Part shown: positions 38,536 through 52,360 of the stretch, piece by piece
How positions within the stretch are numbered: the first letter of the stretch is position 1
Layout of the letters: every line of letters begins with the position of its first letter
From: the human T2T-CHM13v2.0 reference genome, Homo sapiens
Length of the DNA stretch: 64,000 nt
Assembly (NCBI RefSeq): GCF_009914755.1
Contig: NC_060934.1
Strand: one strand, 5' to 3'
Position numbers and translations under genes: made by a program
The notes under the pieces: model-generated
The model's input: the letters and a program-made list of their open reading frames with translations, nothing else
Database searches by the model: none
What the model was told of the DNA's origin: nothing

Positions 38536-40949
38536 GACCCTGTCCGCCCTGGACATCCCAGTATGCACGGGTGGCCTCTGCATTATTTAATCTGTGACCT
38601 GCTTTGGCATCTCACTCCTGGTCTCAGCTCCTGAGGCACATCCTGCCTGCCCTCCTCACTGCTGCGTCTCTAGTGCCTGCATCCACAAGGTAGACCCTCA
38701 GGCAACAGCTCTTGCCTGCCCCCCAGCTGGACCCTGGCATGGGTGCCCAGGCACATGGAGGGGACAAGTGGCCCCTCCCTTCCCCTCCCTGTCTGAACCC
38801 GGAGGGTGGGATTTCCGTCCTAGGACTGAGCTATTATAAGTACAAGGCCGCCTGCTTCCCTGGGCTGCACACCAAGTTCTGCTGCAAACTCCAGCATGAA
38901 TGGCAGCCATTCTCTGCCCAAACTCCAGCTCACTTCAGCTGTGTAGTCTGGGAAGGAAGACCTCAGCCTTCCCCAGGCCTGTAAATACCAAAGCCACACG
39001 CGCAGCAGGACTGCAGCAGCCAATAAATCTTGGCCCCAGGGTTCTCTTAAAGAGGCAGAGCTTGGGACCAACACCAGGCCAGGCCCTGCCTGGTGACAGC
39101 CAGCACTCCATCCACCTCCCCTCGTCCCAGCCCCAGGATGAGGACAGAGAAGGCAAACATGCAGCAGGCACTCTCCCCATAAGCTTGCTTCTCTTGCTTT
39201 ATAAAATCTAACTTTTTCCCCCTCTGCTGCTCACCCTAGGGTTAGGCTAACAAGGAGTCCAGTGGGAATGAGCATGATACATTTTCTGGACGTCAGAGCC
39301 ACTGGACTGGTGCAAGAGGCTGTGTGGGAAAGCAGCGATCCCTTGGGCTGTCCACAAGGCAAGCTAGGGGATGCCAAGGTGGACAGGCAGAGTCAGGCAA
39401 GAGAATAAGCCCAGCACGTTCCACCCCTAGCAGGCATCGTGGCCACTGGTGAGGACACTGAGACCTGCAGTGCTGAAGATGAGAGGTGGACATGGCTGAC
39501 CTCCTTTCATGCCACACCAGAGAAAAATGAGGCATGCGAAGTCCAAACGGGCAGGCAGCTCACCCAGGGGGCCCAGGGCAGTGCCAGGGCTAGACCCTTG
39601 CTCTCCATAAGAGGTGTCTTTGATTGTTCTTTGGATAGGATGTGTCTTTTTATGAGGAGAAGTCTGGTATTTAATTGCATCCTCCTAGAAATGAGATGTT
39701 CCGTTTCTCCTGGAGTCCATTTCCCATGCGCTAACAAACCCCCCGGATTTGTAAGATATCCAAGCCTTTTGTCTTGGATATCTTGCCTGGACACCTCGTT
39801 CTGCATGGCGCCCCTGCAGCATGCATCCTGTGCTCCTGCTTTGGCCACAGCTGGCCCTGTGGAAGGATTGATGCTGGGGAGACATGGCTCCTGCCCTAAG
39901 GAAGTGCACAGTTTGGGTGGAAGTTGAGAACCCCTGTCCTGTCCGGCTCTGCACCCTCTGGCTACCTGAGTGGGGTGCTGGGTAGACCTTCGCTGTTACC
40001 CGGGATCAGAGGACAGAGGGACCTGATAAGCCCAAGAGAGCATGGCAGGCTTCTCTCACCAGGAGGACAGATGGGAGCTGGGTGAGAGGATGGGGTCAAT
40101 CAGATTTCCAGGGTCAGAGCTGGAGGGCAGGATACTCTGGGCAGAGCAAACCCCTCATGCCAAAGCACACTGGTTAAAAGATTATGCCAGGAGAGGAAGG
40201 AGTCGGGTGCAAGGCAGCCCCATCCCTGACCACATTTCCCACCCGCAAATCCATCCAGGAATGGTGCCCCCTGTAGCGGCTCCCTTGCACTTTCCCCATT
40301 GAGTCACCGACTCTGATTTTACAGATGAACAAGCTGGGGCCACGGTGAGAAGGAAAGTACCCAAGGTTGTCTGGCTAACTGGGGTCAAACCAGTTCCAAA
40401 AAATTGCCCCCTGGGTCTTGCCTTGGTTGTGTGATTTTATTGTCCCTGTGAAGGCAACTGGTGACTGTGCGAGTAGGGATGCATTTGCCAGTGTTCAGAG
40501 GAAATGATTAACTTCTGACCTGCTGACCTTGGCTACCTGATTGCCAGAGTGTTAGGCAGCTGCTTGTCACCTGGACCAGGGAGGGCTTGAGAAAGGGTCA
40601 GAGACTTCCACCCCTGCCCAAGCAAGCTGCTTTCACCCTGCACCTGGGACCATGGACTGTCTAAACTGGGAAGCCTAATAGAGCACCTATCCCTTGCTCA
40701 AAAAGGACACCGAGTCCCAGAGAGGGACAGCAACCAGCCTGAGGTCACCCAGCTACAGGGACACATGCACAGATGCCCCCAGACAACTGGGCATACCACA
40801 AGTTCTTGAGGACAGAAGAGATGACTCATGCGCCAAGCAGCCCTGGCTGGGAGCAGGCTCTGCCCAGCCTGCACCCTGCCTGGCATGGCGAGGAGGGGCT
40901 GCAGGGCATGGGATGCTGTGATGCACTGAGCACTAACCACTCCAGATTA

Positions 40950-41125
40950 TTAGGCTGGATTTTCATACCTGACCCTCTTCATTCCTCAACTATAGCCCTG
41001 AGAGGCAGGCATTGTCATGCCCATTTTACAGACGACAAAACTGAGGCTCAAAATTATACAGAAAGTTTATGGGTTTTAAAAATGATACAGCCAGGATTCC
41101 AGTGAGGTCCATCTGACTGAAGTTT
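40950..41125 (-). mobile_element. MIR
   Basis: GCCCATTTTACAGACGACAAAACTGAGGCTCA. Confidence 0.8.
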
Positions 41126-42179
41126 GTATTTCCTCTCCTTCTCCCTCCCCAGGTAGTCCCTGCCCTGTCAGCTAATGTTTTAGCAAGGGTGACCCACACT
41201 CTAAGGACAGTGTGGAGCCTTCATCTGTGTCCCAAGCTGGGCCCAATGAGAGATGAGGGTGTCAGGGTCAGGAAGCCCAGTACTTGGGCAGCCAGGTGGG
41301 CTCAGAGAGGAGGGAACTCTATTTAGGTCCCAAGGATGAGTAGGATTTGGCAAGGCCCCTTGAGGACAGCACACGGGAACATATTTCCAAAAATTATCCA
41401 CGCTGTGTGCTCAGAGGCTCAAGGAGAGAGTTGAGGGTTTGGTTGGGAATTATCTGGCCACCAGCTTGGGGCTGTCTCTCAGCGCTGGAGAAACCAGATC
41501 CCTCCAGTCCAAATCCCTCTTCCTCCCTCAGACATACCCCACCCCAGGGTTCTGAAATTTTGTTATAACACTTAGAGACTAGCTGGGAGGCATGTCCCAG
41601 GGGGCACAGAATGGAGCTGGGAGATTTGCCACAAGGACCAAGACCTGGCTTTGGCACCCAGAGGCTGGGCCAGCATGGGTAAGTCACTGACACCCTCAGA
41701 TCTCAGTGTCCTTATTCACCAAATAGACATTGGTTCCCTTCCCGAAGCTGGGAGAAAGTGGTCCAAGCACACCGAGATGGACCACTCCACCCCTCACATC
41801 TGTGGGCATGAAAATCTCAGCTCGGCCTGCTTCGCTCAGTTGTCCCCATCTCCAGGCAGCATCTGCAGCCCACTCACTGCATCTTAACAAGGGCCCGGCA
41901 CTGTGCCTCACAGGAGCCCAGGCAAGGTCTGGGGAAGGGGACTGAAGACTGCTGAGATGCAGAGCATCTGAGCACTCCATCCCGGAAGTGCCAGAGTGCT
42001 ACGCAGGGTTGGGCCACCAAAGGTTTGTCCTCCAAGGAGGGTCCCCAAGACAGAAATAACTCAGGAAGCCCTGTCCTGAGTGTCCCTGGGTGCTGCTGCT
42101 TGGGCCTGCACTGCCGCATGGTGTTGGTGTCAGCCAGCGGCCTGTGAGAGCCCTGCCAGGTCATCGGGAGGTGTGTGAG

Positions 42180-42565
42180 GCTCTGGGCAAAGCCCTAGCT
42201 TTGAAGTCAGATGGGCGTAGGGCCCGAAGCTGGCCCTGCCAGCCACATGCAGGCAGCGAGGCATTATGCATTCCTGTTCCATGGTGAGGATAACAAGTAT
42301 CTTTAGAGTTGTTGTAGGAATTAGGACCAAGAACAACTACAACAATAATAATAGCTCTCCCTTTTTGAGATCTGACCATGTGCAAGGCAGTATTCCAAAC
42401 CCTGTGCATGCAGAGTTCTTCTGATCCTCCTAGCGGCCCTATGAGCCAGGTCCTGTGCTGGCAGGACCCCTGCATAGATGAGGAAACTGAGGCACGATAA
42501 CAGTAAGGAGCTCATTGTGCTCACACAGCCAGCTGCTGGTGGAGCAGGGCTCCGACCCAGACCTC
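42180..42565. mobile_element. Tail-to-tail MIR pair, (+) 42180-42330 and (-) 42335-42565
   Basis: GCTTTGAAGTCAGA...GAGTTGTTGTAGGAATTAG, then ATAGATGAGGAAACTGAGGCAC. Confidence 0.65.
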
Positions 42566-44350
42566 TCAGCGGCTGCCTGTGCTCTTATCCAATAAGGCGT
42601 GGGAAAACTCCTGCCTTGCAGTTGGTGATCAATAAATGTATCAATAACTCATCATTACTGCCCTTCCCGATGATGGAGCGCAGGCCCCCGCGAGGCCCAG
42701 GGCAGGAAGCACTGTGCTGCTGCACTCCTGGGAACCAGGTTCACATTGGCTGGGACCCCTGGAGACGACTGGGACACCACAGGCTCATTCCAGTGGCCAC
42801 TGTGATGGCCCTCAGGAGGGCATGCTCTCCTCCACCCATGGCCTCTGCAACAGACACAGGCCTGAGGTTCCAGGTCTTGGGAGTTCCTGGCCGCTCTGAA
42901 GATCAGGGTCACAAGCAGGAATGGCCAGGTAGAAAAGCAGCCCAGAACTATTTTGCTCCTGAGGCTCCACCCCTCCTCTACTGGATGCTGCCAGCGGGGA
43001 TTGTGCCACTGTCTAACTCTGCCTTCTGATGGTCTGTGTTCAAACATTTTATGGACAGGAAGCCATCCTGTGGAGCCTGTGGAGATGGGAATGGGGGTGG
43101 GGCCAGGGTGGGAGGTGAGCAAAGCCTTTTCTGTCCAGCCATCCCTTCCCAGGCTAGGAGAGAAAGGAAGCTTTCAGAACAAGTCAAAAGCGAACAGGGT
43201 CCAGGATGACCTTTTGGGTTCTTGTGTCAGCAGAAGGTGTCCCAGGACTTTCTCTCCTGTTCCCTTTGTCTCTGTATTTACAATGAAATGGAAGCATCTG
43301 GAAAGGAGAGAAAATGCCCTTTGATATGTGGGGTTCCCCCAGGTCCAGGAAGCTTTCGGCTGTGACAACAGACTCCATCCAAGGCCTTCCCAACCCTGGG
43401 GGTTTCTCCTAAATCCAGTGGCAAATAACTTTCCATCGTGCCCACCCACTGAACCGAAGGAGGAGGTGCACACCTCAATCACGCTTCACAGCCCCCTCGG
43501 CTAGCGCTGGCCTTTTACTGTTATCCACTGATTAATTTTCATTTAGTCATCTTATTTTCAAGCTTACATAAATGCATTTTAAAAGAACAGTTTATATCAC
43601 TATCATAAAAGGAAAGCTAGTCTTTTTCTAAAACACTGAAATGACTATCTGTTATCTTGTGTGAAGTGGTTTCCAGTGTAGTCCAAATCACCCTGCTCAC
43701 CACAGGGAATGCTGCTCCAGCTTGGCCCTCCCTGCCCACCCAGCCCATCCCTCTCAACGGTTTGCTGCCTCACCTTCAGGATGAGTACACCCACATCTTT
43801 AGGCCCCTCTGTCGCTTGCAGACCTGCTAATCCTGGGCCACAGCCTCCTCAAGTCCTCCACTCCACTGCTTCTCCTCGGAAATGCCTCCAGCACCAGCTG
43901 AGCTCAGCCGTGGAGGGTGCACCATTGGTTACCATGCGGGAGCCCTGTGGACAGCAAGGGCATGAGGGGAGCGGGAGGTAGTGCCTGGTCACCTGCTGCC
44001 ACAGCCACATGCACAGCTTACCTCCATTCCTGGGACATAGTCAGGAGTTTGCCTTCTGCAAACTATTTCTCAAGAACCAAGTTTCACCCTTAGTTCCAAC
44101 TCAAAAGTGCTCTTCCTAAAGCAACTGAAATGCCAGCTCCAGAATTATCTGTACCAACTAGATTCCTCCGTGGTGACCCTTGTCAAGTCTCATTATTTAT
44201 TTCACAATAAGGGAGCAAATTCTCCTTGGTGGCTGTTTCCCCTTTACCCCTCTTTCCAATCCCCCTGTGGCTGGGGGGGTCTCCTGTCCTGCTGCATCAT
44301 CTGCCATCTTTCCAATGCCACCGTGCATAGCAAGAGCACAATGTGCTGGT

Positions 44351-44705
44351 TGTTGTGTTCTGAATGTGCCTCCCGAAATTCAGATGTGGAAACTTAATTG
44401 CCATTGTGATGGTATTAAGAGGTGGGGCCTTTGGGAGGTGATGAAGTCATGATAGTCCTCATGAAGGGAACTGGTGCCTTTAGAAAGAGATGTGAGGGAG
44501 CTGTTCCCCTTTCCACATGTGAGAATGCAGCAATAGATGCCATCTTGGAAGCAGGGAGCAGCCCTTACCAGATGTCGCATCTATGAGCACCTTGGTCTTG
44601 GACTTCCCAGCCTCCAGAACCATGAGAAAAAATGTCTGCTGTTTATTAATTATTAATTACCCAGTCTCAGATTTTTTGTTAGAGTAGCACAAATGGACTA
44701 AAATG
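44351..44705 (+). mobile_element. MST/MLT1A-like MaLR solo LTR
   Basis: GTATTAAGAGGTGGGGCCTTTGGGAGGTGAT...CTTGGACTTCCCAGCCTCCAGAAC...GCACAAATGGACTAA; flanks CTGGT/CTGAT. Confidence 0.9.
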
Positions 44706-44919
44706 CTGATGAAATGCCTCAATGAATGAAGGTGCCCTCAGGTGAGCCCCCAGCCCTATGCTCTTCCCTCTCCCTGAAGGCATGCACAATTGGCCAAGTG
44801 ACTGGTAATAATGACCTAACCTTAACTGAGCACCTACTGCATTCCAGGCACTGGGCTGGAGCTTTTCTCACAATTTCCCACAACAACCTGGCCAGCTGGG
44901 CTTTCAGAATGTTCCCATA

Positions 44920-45655
44920 TTCCCCTCTACTTCCCACTGCCTCCAGGGCTCCCTCCTGGTGCAAGCCAACACCATCTCACCAGGCACAGCAACAGCCCCT
45001 TGAAGGATGTTCTTGCTCCCACTCCTGTCTCTCACCTCCTGTCTTTTCCCAACACAGAGGTCATGAGTTCCTGTTAAAATGTAAATGAGATCACATCTCT
45101 CTTTAAGATAACATGCTCTTTTGACTCCCTGTCTCACTCAGCACAAAAGCCAAGGTCCTGAGCAGGCCCCACCTGGCCTGCCCCAGCCTGCCCTGCCTCC
45201 AGCATCTCACACCTGTCTCTTCTCCTCTCCCACTGCTCTCTGCCTCACTCACTCCATCCCAGACCAGGGGCTTCCCTACTGTTCTGACACACCTGGCATA
45301 TTTCCACCTGAGGACGTTGCACTTGCTGTTCTCTCTGCCTGGATCCCCAATCCCCTGGTAGACATGTCGCATGCTCCGTCACTTTCTCCTGGTCTGCCCA
45401 AATAGCACCTTCTTGGTGGATCCTTCCCTGGACATCTTACCTGAGATGACACCCCAACCCTACGTTTCATATTCCCCTACTCAGATGAAGTTTCCTTCAT
45501 GGTATTTAGCATTTTCTAATATTAACTTGAATTCTAACTACTTTATTGTCCATCTTTCCCTACCATTCTTTCCTACCCCTGCCACCAACTTGCCCTTTTC
45601 TACTAAAATATTGACTTCCTGAATGTGTGGACTTTTGCCGGATTTGTTCTCTGGG
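44920..45655 (+). mobile_element. L2a-like fragment
   Basis: CAAGCCAACACCATCTCAC...TTAAAATGTAAATGAGATCACATC...TTGCACTTGCTGTTCTCTCTGCCTGGA. Confidence 0.85.
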
Positions 45656-45709
45656 GTAAACTTGAACATCGAGATTGGCTGAAGCCAGGGACTCAGGAAC
45701 TATGGTGTA

Positions 45710-45820
45710 TTTTATTATGAGCAGCCTGAGGTTCAGAGAAGTAATGGATTCTGCCCAGGTCACAAAGCTGGTAAGAGATGAAGCTGTTATAGACACCCTG
45801 GTCTATCTGTCTTCCATATC
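45710..45820 (-). mobile_element. MIR fragment
   Basis: CTGAGGTTCAGAGAAGTAATGGATTCTGCCCAGGTCACAAAGCTGGTAAG. Confidence 0.75.
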
Positions 45821-47845
45821 AAGCTCCCTCTAATACCCATGACAGTGGCTCTATCAACCACGGTGCTGTGTGTTTCAGTCCCTGTGCAAAGCAGGAGAAG
45901 CAGGAAAGACAGCTGCAGCCAGATTCCCCCAGGACTTGTTGGTCTCCCAGCATCACAAGTTTCCAGGACAAGAGGCCCCTTAGTGGAAGCAACTGACAAG
46001 GGCCAATAATTCAGTACCAGTGCTGGGAAAGTAAGTTTTTTTTTTTTTTTTTTGCTCGTTTTGTAAGAGAAGAAAAAAATGCCATTTGGCCTCAGAAAGA
46101 TGTTCTTGCTGCCAAACACATGATTTTTGCACATGGTGAGGACGTGTGATTTTTACATATGTATTTTTTCCCTTTTAGTAAAAACAGTTTCATCCCTGGC
46201 AAGAAGGTGAAAGAAAGGGAGTATAAAAAGATTGCCATGGAAAACCATCACTTTGCCATTACAGAGACCAAAAGCCAAGAGTTTAGAATCTCCATAGATG
46301 GAAGGGAACAAAAAAAAAAGAGAGAGAAGGAGTGAGACAAAAGATCTCCAGCGTTTATGAAATAAGAACTAGATCTGGGGCTGACTCCCTTGTGTCCACT
46401 GTAGAGCACCCCATGTCTTCAAGAGTGTTTAGATGTCTCTCAACTCTGAGGTGGCAGAGGACGGGCAGCATCAGTGCAATCTTCCTACCGTGACCAGGGC
46501 AGACATTAGTAATCAATCACAGCATCCCTTCCTATTAAGCAGGGATGCAGCCTCAAGGCACTCCAGGAAACCCCTACCCATTGATTAGAGTTGGCAAGTA
46601 AGATGAAACAAGGTTGCTGTTCTGCCTTAATCAACCCTTACATTTTGCATGTGAAGTAATTGAGACACAGAGAGAAGCTGTGAGCTGGCAAAGGTTACAC
46701 AGAACGTTTGCATAAATAAGTCCTTTTCCAGTTTTGCTGCTAGCTCTCAGGCCACGATTTGTTCCACTAGGCTCCCTGTCTGCCGAGTGTCTCCCAAATC
46801 TCTTCACGGATGTGAGAAGTTGTTGGGTTCCTGAACACCTAACAAGCAATGCAGAGAATTCTATCCGGAGCTTAGATTTTCTGCCTCTATGGACTTTTCC
46901 ATCAGTGCCAGAGCTATGGGCCATGATCCTCTGCAGAATCACAGCAGGTCAAAATGGCCTCCCTAAAGGACACCAAAGCTCCCTCCCAGGACCATGGCCT
47001 TTCACGTGTTTATTATGGAAGTCACTCTTAAAAGGGAACAGCTAATAAACTGTGAAGGGTCAGCATTCCCACAGGAAATTGTCACCACTCTAGAGATGGT
47101 TCTTGTATATTTTTCCTCAGTTTAAGAATAAAATTTTCCATGAGATTAGCATTTCTAAAGTGTTTTCTGTGAAACACATTCTCAAGATGTCCTAGAAGAT
47201 TTTTCACAAAGATAAGCAGAGCTAAAATACAAATAAAATAAAATAGAAAAGACGTGTGGCCAACGATCTTGGAACTCAGCACAGGATAGCTCTTCTGTGG
47301 AATCGTGCTGCATCTTAGAGTGTAAAAGGCCCTGAGAAGTCCTGCCTAAAGTTCTGGACTTTATAGTTTTCAGTATGCACGTGTCCACAGAAACATCTTT
47401 GCACATAGCGTTTACGAAGATTCTGCTGGATGTTCTTTCAAGAGCACTGGTTTCCATGCAGCACATTCAAGGGGGAAAGAATGCAGGAGTCCAGAGTCAG
47501 AAGAATTGAGTTTGAACCCTGGCTATGGATCTCTGACGTATTTATCTAAGGACTTTGTACTTCAGTTTCTACTGCCTAGAGTTAGTTTGGGTTTTTAAAA
47601 TACGTTTATTGTTCAAGATAATATAAGTTTACTATAGATAATTCAGATAACATAAAAATGTATGCAAGAAAATTAAAATAGCTCATCATTTCATCATACG
47701 TCGATAACCATTGTTAATACTTTGATATATTCCTTCAAGTCTATTTAGTCTATTAAAAGGATCTGCAGGGACATACTTAAAAAATATTATTATAATCTGC
47801 ATTGTTTTATATCCTACTGGTTTTTGCTTTTAATAATAGGGAAAA

Positions 47846-48217
<372 letters not shown>

Positions 48218-48227
48218 TCATTATTTG

Positions 48228-48490
48228 AATATTATCTGAAAGCTTTGGGGCCAGATATTTCAGAATTTAGAATTAATTAGGTTTTGAAAAGGTAAAAATC
48301 TGTTTTAAAAAAAGGATACATTAGGAAGCACCTGCAGTGGGACCTCAACAGTAGCCTAGAATCAAATACAGTATTTGGACAAGAAAATATTTGAATATTC
48401 TCACTAACTGAGATAAATGATGACTATTAAAAAGATTCCCTTCAGTTCAGTGTCAGATTTTTGCCACCAGTGAAATTGCAGCAAACCTAA
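48228..48490. mobile_element. MER46C-like (TcMar-Tigger) fragment
   Basis: CTTTGGGGCCAGATATTTCAGAATTTAGAA...GAATATTCTCACTAACTGAGATAAAT...TCAGATTTTTGCCACCA. Confidence 0.65.
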
Positions 48491-51360
48491 TGCAGATCTG
48501 TTAACTGTAATTGCATTGTGGATTCTGGAATCCTGCTTATCATGTTGTGGACTTGTACTGTGATTGCCAACCAAGCCAAACCTTCATTGTTGACTATTTG
48601 GACTGTTTCCAAATTTTTGTTATTATAATAAGTAGGGCTGCAAAGAGCATTCTTGTCCATGAAATTTTTGCACATCCGTGGTTGTTTCTTCAGGATGTAT
48701 TCCTAGAAACTGGACTCCTGGGTCACAAAGAATTAATGTTTTTAAGATTTTTCGTCTATCTGCCAAAATGCTCTCCAGAAAAGCTGAGTAATTTATACTC
48801 CCAGCATTACTGCATGAAGGGGGGTTTCTCCTTCTCCATCCCAACCCCCTACTCCCAGAAACAGCAACACTGGGTATTATCAGTGTTTGATAAATGGATT
48901 CCAATTTGAAGAGCAAAAATTTTCATCTCTCTTTGAGTATTACTAGCAATATTCCACTTTTTTCATATGCTAACTGAATGATTATATTTCTTTTCTTAAT
49001 GGTCTTTATATATTCCACACAAATCTTTTTATTGAGATGTTCATATTTTTCTTCTTGACTTACAAGAGCCTTTTGTGGATTAAATATATTAAAACACTTT
49101 GAATACCACATATGGGGTAATATTTTCCTAGTCATGTTATTTGACTTTTAATTTTTTATGGTGTTTTAATAGTTCCCCAAATTTTAAAAAAACTAAAATG
49201 TGGAATACATGTGGAATACAGAACACTTAGAAACGTATAAGAATGTCAAACAAAAGAGCTTGCCTGTCCACCCAGAGTAACTACACTATTTTAGTGTAGA
49301 ATTTGCTAATATTTTCTGTTTCTTTCAAACAAGGGTTAGCCTGCTTTGCCTTCACTTATTCTTGTGAATAATTTTTTCATTTTAATAAATATTCTTCTAT
49401 AACTCAAGTTTTATGACTTCACAGCATTCCATTGTATCCGACCATCATTTACCTAAATATTCTCTGGTTTTAGATGTTAAAGTTATTTCCAGTTTTCATC
49501 ATTCCTTGGAATGCTGGGATGAAAAACATTGAACCAACATCCATTCTGTCTTCTCTAATTATTTCTTTATAATGAATTTCTATAACTTCTGGGACAAAGG
49601 GCAGGTGAATTTTACATTTTTAATATTTTTCTAGTAATTGATATTTATTAGGCTTTTTTTGAAATATAGAGTGATTTTTAAGAAAATAAGAATCATTTAT
49701 AATTTTCCCATCCAGAAACGGCTCCTGTTGAAAGTGTTACACTTTTGTCTATACCTTTACATCTGTGAGTGGATGTTTGTACAAACAAAACAGAGTTGCA
49801 TTTTATGCGCTGTCTTCTAAATTCAGTGTACGAATGTAATTTTCAACCAAGATACTTCTACTGGCCACATAATAGCACGTTGTTTGGATATACCTCCGTT
49901 TATTTAATCAATTGTTCATTCCAAGAAATTTTAGGGTTTTGTTTTCCAAACATTTGAAGTTATCTGCAATACTGTGGTGATCATTGTGATGTTCTTAATA
50001 ATTTTCTCAAGATAAAGTCTTACACATAAAATTAGGGAGTCGATGATACGTAAATTTCTGAAGACTTTGATATACGCTGGTGGAGTACCCCATGGAGTCT
50101 GACCTACTTTACACTCCCTCCTGTGATATGTGACATTGCTTCCCAGAATCCTGACCAGTATAGTAAACTATCTTTTATTTAAAATATTCGGTGAAATGCT
50201 AGATCTTGTTGCTATTTTAATGTGTTCTTAATTATAAAACAGCAACATCGAACATTTTTTCATATGTTTACTTACCGTTTGTTTTTCTCTTCTGTTAATT
50301 ACTTATTTCCATTTGTCTATTAGGAGTGTTTATCTTTTTTATTGTTTTGTAAGCTTTCTTTACAAATTAAGTTTATTAACATTTTATATGCCACATTTTT
50401 GGAAGTATTTTTTCCAGTCATACATTTGCTTTTTATGCGTGTAGTATGTAACAAAAATAACTGTGTATAGTCTGACCTATCAAATTTGTCTTTATAATAT
50501 CTTCTCTCAACATCTTCCTTAAAAAGACCCTTTCCAGTCCCATATTTTATGTAGCAGACTGACCTACATTTTTTTCTAGTGCCTTTGTGACTTTATTTTT
50601 ATATACGTCTTAAATTCACCAGGAATTTATTTTAGCTTATGACTGAGCTAAGGATTGGAGTTAATTTTTTCCAACATCATTTATTGAATAATCCATCCTT
50701 TCCACAAGGACTTGAAATGTCACCATTATCACATACTAAATATTTATACATACTCCAGTCTGTTTCTGGGCTTGCAGCTCTGTCCCATCGATCTCTCTGT
50801 CTATTCCAGGGCTGAGAGGAGAGGGGTTTCTGGGGTAGAACAGGCAGGACTTGATAACTGATTAGACATGGGGGGAGTTGAAGATGACTTCAAGGTTTGC
50901 GACTGAAACCTGGATGGATGTGACACCATTAATCAAGGAAATGGAGGCAAGGAAGGGTTCGTGATACCCTAAGTCTCTTCTCACTTCAATCCATCACTCA
51001 CATTTCAGGCAGAATAAAATTTTTAATACATATTTATTTAATTTATTGGAAAAGTAATGCATGCACATGTTTAAAAAGATTCAATTCATATAAAAGGTTT
51101 CCAATGAAAAGTAAGTCTCCTCCAGAACATGTACTCCTAATTCCCCTCCATAGAAGCAAACACTGTTAATAATTTTTTGTGTGCCTATATAGAAATAACA
51201 ATTTCTGTAGAAATTGCTTCCCAGAACCCTGGCCAATATAGGAAACTATCTTTATTTAAAATATTTGGTGAAATGTGAGATCTTGTTGCTATTTTAATGT
51301 GTTCTTAATTGAAATGTGTTCTTAATTTCTATAGAAAGCAACATTAGGTACATACAAGCA

Positions 51361-51420
51361 CAGATAGATAACTAGCTAGCTAGATAGATAGATAGCTAGC
51401 TAGCTAGATAGATAGATAGC

Positions 51421-51476
<56 letters not shown>

Positions 51477-51494
51477 CAGACAGATAGATAGACA
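51361..51494. repeat. Compound tetranucleotide STR (TAGA/TAGC/CAGA)
   Basis: (TAGA)14 core at 51421-51476. Confidence 0.97.
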
Positions 51495-51617
51495 TCTTTA
51501 TGCAGGCATATTCACACACATCTTTCAAACAAATTGGACCATACTACAAACACTACACAGCACCCTGATTATTTTCAACTCAATGATTTATCTTATAAAT
51601 GATTCTATATGAACACA

Positions 51618-51848
51618 TGGACACAGGGAGGGGAACAACACACACTGAGGCCAGTCAGCGGGAGGGGGTGAGGGTGTGGGGGCAGAAAGATTATCAGGAT
51701 AAATAGCTAATGCATGCAGGGCTTAACATCTAGGTGATGGGTTAATAGGTGCAGCAAACCACCATGGCACACGTTTACCTGTGTAACAAACCTGCACGTC
51801 TTGCACATGTATCCCAGAACTTAAAATAAAATAAAATATTTTAAAAAG
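51618..51848 (+). mobile_element. 5'-truncated older L1PA 3' end
   Basis: GGTGCAGCAAACCACCATGGCACACGTTTACCTGTGTAACAAACCTGCAC...AGAACTTAAAATAAA; 21-bp direct repeat at 51597-51617 and 51849-51869. Confidence 0.92.
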
Positions 51849-51982
51849 AAATGATTCTATATGAACACAGATAGATCCACCTCCTTGTTTTTAATGGCCG
51901 TTTGAAGTTCCACTGAGTAGTACACCATTATTTTTTACTAACTTTCCATAGGGGGACACTTTGGGAGTTTCTCCCAATTAAC

Positions 51983-52110
51983 TTTTGTTTTTTAAAGATG
52001 GTGTCTTGTTATGTTGTCCAGGTTAGATTTGAAATCCTAGGCTCAAGGGACCCTCCTGCCTCAGCCTCCCATGTAGCTGGGACTATAAGCATGTGCCACC
52101 ACACATAGCT
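51983..52110 (-). mobile_element. FLAM / Alu monomer
   Basis: GATGGTGTCTTGTTATGTTGTCCAGG...GGCTCAAGGGACCCTCCTGCCTCAGCCTCCC; monomer length. Confidence 0.8.
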
Positions 52111-52159
52111 TAATTACCTTTTCTTTAATTAAAAAAAAAAAAAAAAAAAAAACAGAGTC

Positions 52160-52360
52160 TCTACCAAAAATACAAACATTAGCTGGGCGCAGTGGTGCGT
52201 GCCTGTAGTCCCAGCTACTTGGGAGGCTGAGGCAGGAGAATGGCGTGAACCCGGGAGGCAGAGATATCCCTGTAGTGAGCCGAGATCGCACCACTGCACT
52301 CCAGCCTGGGCAACAGACCGAGACTCCATCTCAAAAAAAAAAAAAAAAAACAAACAAACA
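52160..52360 (+). mobile_element. 5'-truncated AluY (right arm)
   Basis: GAATGGCGTGAACCCGGG; flanked on both sides by A(n)CAGAGTC. Confidence 0.9.
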
